From Eukaryota sp. TZLM1-RC (Eukaryota; Protista; Metamonada: BaSk clade): DNA of 64,000 nucleotides. The position numbers and the translations under genes are program-made. Position 1 is the first letter of the stretch. Every line of letters begins with the position of its first letter. The notes beneath the pieces are model-generated. The model ran no database searches, was not told where the DNA came from, and saw only the letters and a list, made by a program, of their open reading frames with translations. Positions 59,388 through 64,000 of this stretch are shown here, piece after piece. Location of the stretch: positions 496,001-560,000 of the forward strand of contig JAUPSS010000002.1 in NCBI GenBank assembly GCA_040285825.1, written 5' to 3'.

Positions 59388-61937
59388 CTACAATCTTGAT
59401 ACACTTTCTCCTAAAGCCAAAGCTACCCCTTGGACCTTGGTTCTTATCCTGGCACTACCAACGACATCATCACCAACTTTTTCAATTGATAAATTCATCA
59501 AAGCATCATCCCCAAACACCGATCTACCAGAGAGATTGAGACATAACAGAACGTCAGACCACTCAGAGATATCAACAAGAGGAACTAAATTAGTGACTCT
59601 TGTTACAGTTTCTACAAATTCTTTCAAATTCTTATACTTTGAAGATACATTCAACTTGTTCTCCCATTCGAAAACTGACCACTTCTGTTTAAATTCCAAG
59701 TCTCCGAGTTTATGAGGATGTATAAAGGAAACAATATCCAACCTTACATCAGCTAAGGGAATGTACTGCCCTTCATTAAGCTCAATGTGACCAAAAATAG
59801 CAGAAGTCTCAAGGCTTCCAACTGTGAATTGAATAGGAATTAACTTAGATTTACCAGTTTCCAAGGAAAAGGTTCCAGGTCTATTAGAAATTTTCAAATC
59901 TCCAGTGGCCTCGATATTGAGCAGAATGTTAGACAAATTATGATCACTCTTATTACGGACAAAGACATCAAAGTAAACCATAAAGGAATGTGTTCTGATA
60001 TAGGCCTCCACAATTACTGGAGAATCGAGTCCTGTTAAGTCAACAATTTGCAGTGATTCGTCAGCAATATTGAGCTGTTCACGTGATGATTCTGACACTA
60101 ATTTAGAAAGAGGCAAAGGTTGAGATTCGTTGATAGTGAAAGCCGAAAAGGACGGTACACTTCCTATTGAGATTTTTGGGCGGTCAATAAACCCTTCCTT
60201 CTTGACTTTAGCAGACCGTTGATGAGCATCCAATGCAGACTTCCATGTATCTCCAATCTTTTCTTCCATCAATTCCAAATCAAACACACAAGCCAGACAA
60301 TCAAGTAAGCGAGACGTGTAAATATTCTTCTGCTGGTTTCGCAATTTGAGTTGGCGTAAAATATAATCCGCAACCAATAATCTCAAATTTTCAAACTTTT
60401 GAGTGTCTGGTTCATCTTTACATTTGTTTAGCAACTTAATTAAGCAAAGAGCGACAATAGTTGAAACAAAAGAAGAAGTATTATTGATCAAGTTAAAAAG
60501 TTCACTTTCTTCAAAGTTCAAGGCAGAAATGACTGATTGAGCAACTGGAAGAGACTTTTCTTTTGTGGTCAACTCCCCAATCAACCAAAGAACAACTCTG
60601 ATTGACCTAGAACCTTTCAAAGTGGGTAGAGAAGTGACAAATTCATTGATAATAACCTCAGATTCACCCTTATTGCTCAATAAAAGATCCTTGACCACCA
60701 GAAGGACTGAAGACGCCAATGGTGACGTGGATAAGGTCAAAAATGAGTCCATGAGAATCGACAAAACATCACCAGTAACCGAGGGACAACTGTCGGCTAG
60801 ACTTTTGAGTGCTATAACTAAATACCTCAAAGGCATTTCATTACCTTTATCGTCCTTAACTTCACCAAATTCACTCTTCAATACCTTAACCAAAGGACCA
60901 CAAAGCCCAGAACCTAGTCTAGACTTAACCAAATCCAAGGCAGCGTCTCTTAGCTTGGGAGAGATGGAGAGATCTTTGGAAACGACAATCTTGGTCAAAT
61001 CAGAAGCTATATAATCAATGCTAAAGGGTTTGTGGTGAGCTAATACCTTTAAGCGTTCTAAAACAGCAGAAGCTCCTATTCTATTAGTGTGAAGAACTGT
61101 CGCATAGCACTCAGTTGCCTTTTTGATGACGTGAGTTGCCGAAGAGGCGGTCAATACAGCGTCAGAACATTCTAAAAGCACAGCAGTGTCATGTGAGTCA
61201 AGGAATGCGGACAATGCCCTCAACCACTGAGCTCGAGAAGAGGGGGATTGTCTCCGTGTAAGAAGGGAAGCTATTATTCTAACGATAACCAATTGAATGG
61301 CTGGGTCTACCTGAGTAAGTTGTTCGAGTCGGGGAGTGATGAAGTCATGAATGACACCTGGTGCGATATCAGCAAGACAAGCAAAAGTGTTTCTCAGTAC
61401 GGTGGGATCTTGATCTTCCTCTATAGAAGGCATAAGGGTAGAGGAGATGTCAATGGCATCAGGGAACTTTTTACAAATGTGATGTACCGTGACCACTGCA
61501 TTGCGACGGACATAAGTGTACCTTGAGGTGAGGTTATCAAGAACAGCTGGGATAAGGGAGGGAAGGAGATCGCGACGGTTTATACGGGCGACCAATCGAA
61601 GAGCAAGGCCACGTACAAATTCGTTTGCATGGGAGAGATCGGCGTGTAAATGATTACATACAAGGGTAGAATTGGACTCAAAAGTAGGAGAGTTGAGTAT
61701 AGATTCAAGAAAGAGATACGATAGACGTTTAAGCATCTTGTTGCTATCTGGAAGAATGTACCTGATCCAAGGCATAACCAACTGTGTCGTTTCTGATGGA
61801 CTAAACTGAGCGATATGGAGTAGACTCTTCATTGCTTCGATTCGTCGGTCTACATCACTGCTCTGGAAAGCATTCATGATGGTAACAGGATTGGTAGAGG
61901 GAACATCTTCAAAAAACTGAAGCCTGAAGGTGGACAT
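59388..61937 (-). CDS. COPB1: Coatomer subunit beta (beta-COP)
   Basis: DLSHANEFVRGLALR, YVRRNAV, LTGLDSPVIVEAY, FKQKWSVFEWENK, RSVFGDDALMNLSIEK, RIRTKVQGVALALG. Confidence 0.95.
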   Translation of the reverse strand: MSTFRLQFFEDVPSTNPVTIMNAFQSSDVDRRIEAMKSLLHIAQFSPSETTQLVMPWIRYILPDSNKMLKRLSYLFLESILNSPTFESNSTLVCNHLHADLSHANEFVRGLALRLVARINRRDLLPSLIPAVLDNLTSRYTYVRRNAVVTVHHICKKFPDAIDISSTLMPSIEEDQDPTVLRNTFACLADIAPGVIHDFITPRLEQLTQVDPAIQLVIVRIIASLLTRRQSPSSRAQWLRALSAFLDSHDTAVLLECSDAVLTASSATHVIKKATECYATVLHTNRIGASAVLERLKVLAHHKPFSIDYIASDLTKIVVSKDLSISPKLRDAALDLVKSRLGSGLCGPLVKVLKSEFGEVKDDKGNEMPLRYLVIALKSLADSCPSVTGDVLSILMDSFLTLSTSPLASSVLLVVKDLLLSNKGESEVIINEFVTSLPTLKGSRSIRVVLWLIGELTTKEKSLPVAQSVISALNFEESELFNLINNTSSFVSTIVALCLIKLLNKCKDEPDTQKFENLRLLVADYILRQLKLRNQQKNIYTSRLLDCLACVFDLELMEEKIGDTWKSALDAHQRSAKVKKEGFIDRPKISIGSVPSFSAFTINESQPLPLSKLVSESSREQLNIADESLQIVDLTGLDSPVIVEAYIRTHSFMVYFDVFVRNKSDHNLSNILLNIEATGDLKISNRPGTFSLETGKSKLIPIQFTVGSLETSAIFGHIELNEGQYIPLADVRLDIVSFIHPHKLGDLEFKQKWSVFEWENKLNVSSKYKNLKEFVETVTRVTNLVPLVDISEWSDVLLCLNLSGRSVFGDDALMNLSIEKVGDDVVGSARIRTKVQGVALALGESVSRL

Positions 61938-62156
61938 CGGCTAGCTGCACAAAAACTGACTTGTTGATGTTGAGAGTTGTTGATCTTTCAAAAACTTTCA
62001 TTTCTACCAAATTTGTTATTTACATTTGAGTTGGAAATAAGTCTCATTGGTGCCCAAAATAATCCAACTAAATCAACTGTTATTAGACAAAACAAAACAA
62101 AAATTTGCCTATGTATTATTTCTCCATTGGTCAATTGTGATAGGGTCATTACTGAA

Positions 62157-63195
62157 TTACTCTTTCACCCAATATTTGGGCTAAATGTTTCCCCTCTGAT
62201 ATTGTGGAACTTCCTTCAAGAAGCTTGCTCTCCTTACCACTGACTTTTGCAAAATTGCAGAAAAAAATCTTGAAAGTTTTAGAAAACTTGGATTATATTG
62301 TACGTCTTAGCTTGGCTAAGGAAAAAAATCCCGTTTTTGCAAACTTTTTGATTGATCTTGAAGACAGTTGTTCAAGTTGCCTAATCTCCCAAATTCCCAA
62401 CATTTATGGCCTTCTACTTAATGATCACCAATGGACCACTGCAATGAGAATGAGATGTTTTCTATGGCCTTGTTCATTACCAAATGATTTAATTTGTCGC
62501 TGCAAGAGTGTTGTTACGCTTTCCCGTATTTTAAACTGTAAGTATTTTATAACTTATCGCTCAATTGTTCATGACTCAGTTCGTGATCAATTATATGCCA
62601 TGTGCAAAAGTTTCAATATAGAGGCATTTATTGAGCCACTAGTACGTAAGCTGTCTTCAGATCAAACTGATGATTCCTGTGGTAAAAGAAGGGCAGATTT
62701 AGTAGCTCCAGGGATCGATGGTGTTCTCAATGTTGTAGATGTTGTCTCAGTTGATGTTTGCAAAAATTCTGCTGCTCGTTTAGTGTATTCCGCTGATTCG
62801 CCGTTATCTAACGCCGAAAAGAAGAAGATAAAAAAACATGAAGAATCTTTGGCAGAGCTAGGTAGAGTGGAACATGTGAAATATCAGTTTGTGTTGTTTG
62901 CAATTTATCTTTTTGGCAATATTGGACCTTCAGGGTTGCGCTTTTTTGAAAATTTTAAAAAAGTGTGACTGAATAGGTCTGGTAAAACAATGAACTCCAC
63001 TTTCTGGTTAAATAGAATTGCTTTTTGCATTTTCAAGTCTATTCCTACAATGATTTCAAAGGCACTTTTAGCTATCGGTGTAGAATATGAACGTAATGCT
63101 GTGAGTAGGTTCAGTAATAGTGACGCTTGTTTGGAGGATATTGAATTCTAGATGGTTATTTTTATCTCAATAAATATTCCAGTTTTTTAAAAACA
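62157..63195 (+). mobile_element. 3' fragment of family B2 retrotransposon
   Basis: Near-identical to the reverse complement of 40000-41025. TSD GTCATTACTGAA at 62145-62156 and 63196-63207. Confidence 0.92.
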
Positions 63196-63223
63196 GTCAT
63201 TACTGAAATGAACATTATTAAAA

Positions 63224-63568
63224 GGTTAATGAAAATTCTCATGCCCAATATAATTTATGTCCATTTGTTTTTTCTTTGCTTGGATCTCTAGGTAAGGCTG
63301 CTATGGCTTTCCTTGAGGATTTTGTTGTAGTTGTAAAGGAAAGAACTGGAAGAATTTTCAATCGTGTTTACTGGCAAAACAGGATTGTATTTTCTATTTT
63401 TAAGGGAATGGTAACACTAATTTCTGATTCACTATCTTCTTTTGGGAAATTTTCTGAATCTTTAGCGATTAATTGTTTTGATGTAGGGGAGGCAGGTTTT
63501 GAGGATGTGGAGTTTTAATTGTGTATTTCATATTTGTTGTTGAATAAAAATAAATATTTTAAAAAAAA
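63224..63568 (+). mobile_element. Short 3' fragment of family C retrotransposon
   Basis: Matches 19857-20190 (EAGFEDVEF end, AATAAA, A-tail). Flanked by a 43-bp duplication. Confidence 0.9.
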
Positions 63569-63698
63569 AGTTTTTTAAAAAAAGTCATTACTGAAATGAA
63601 CATTATTAAAATGTTATCCATAAATCTGAATCAGTTTCTGAGCGCAAAAAATTAATTTCATAAGAATAATGACTTCATCATTCTCAAGTCTTGCTTGA

Positions 63699-63770
63699 CT
63701 GAATATGTTTGCAATGGCTGAATCCAGAATGAGTGGTAATGAAAGGCCTCAATATCTCTGTAGTAGATAG
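63699..63770 (+). pseudogene. Possible Fanzor C-terminal remnant
   Basis: LNMFAMAESRMSGNERPQYLCSR* resembles the Fanzor tail N..ia......RP..L.R seen in the other copies. Very short. Confidence 0.35.
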
Positions 63771-64000
63771 TTTCTGTTTTTATTGCACGAAAATTGATCG
63801 TGTATTTACAATACCATTAATCAATCCATTTGGCTGGCCTTGAAATACCCTTCATTGTCTACACTGGGTACTCTTAACAATGGCTACTCTTAACAGTGCT
63901 TCCATAATGGCTTCTATAGAGTTCTATTTTCTCAATAATCTCCATGGACATGCTCTCTACTTAATCAATGAGGCTCTTGAACGACATGGTTCAGACCTTA

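Noticed and set aside
3014-61526. Numerous short antisense or alternate-frame ORFs overlapping long genes
   Set aside because: Shadow ORFs of the real CDSs, without independent evidence.

Overview
AT-rich eukaryotic DNA from a compact-genome protist. Evidence: AP-4 epsilon, beta-COP, AIP1/WDR1, a RalGAP-like and a CLU-family gene, plus ~30-nt spliceosomal introns with a fixed branch-to-acceptor spacing reminiscent of metamonads; the lineage is not certain. Host genes are interleaved with two kinds of mobile DNA. (1) About ten copies of CRE-like non-LTR retrotransposons (RT plus restriction-like endonuclease) in 4-5 subfamilies. Most have readable 11-15 bp target-site duplications, and three are nested inside one another. 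(2) Five near-complete Fanzor (eukaryotic TnpB-derived RNA-guided nuclease) loci in four divergent subfamilies, plus two probable remnants; no transposase is visible. Downstream of all five Fanzor ORFs is a structured non-coding segment ending in GAAATTC(ACA/TYA), with covarying long-range pairing (TGTGA:TCACA versus TGAGA:TCTYA). I interpret this as the omega-RNA scaffold followed by a locus-specific guide. At the 57-kb locus the 3' arm of the scaffold's terminal hairpin is duplicated 233 bp further on, next to a strong pseudoknot and a telobox-Myb gene. This resembles a two-unit repeat-guide (tracr/crRNA-like split) arrangement and is the most novel signal here. All family assignments are from motif recognition by eye; no searches were run.
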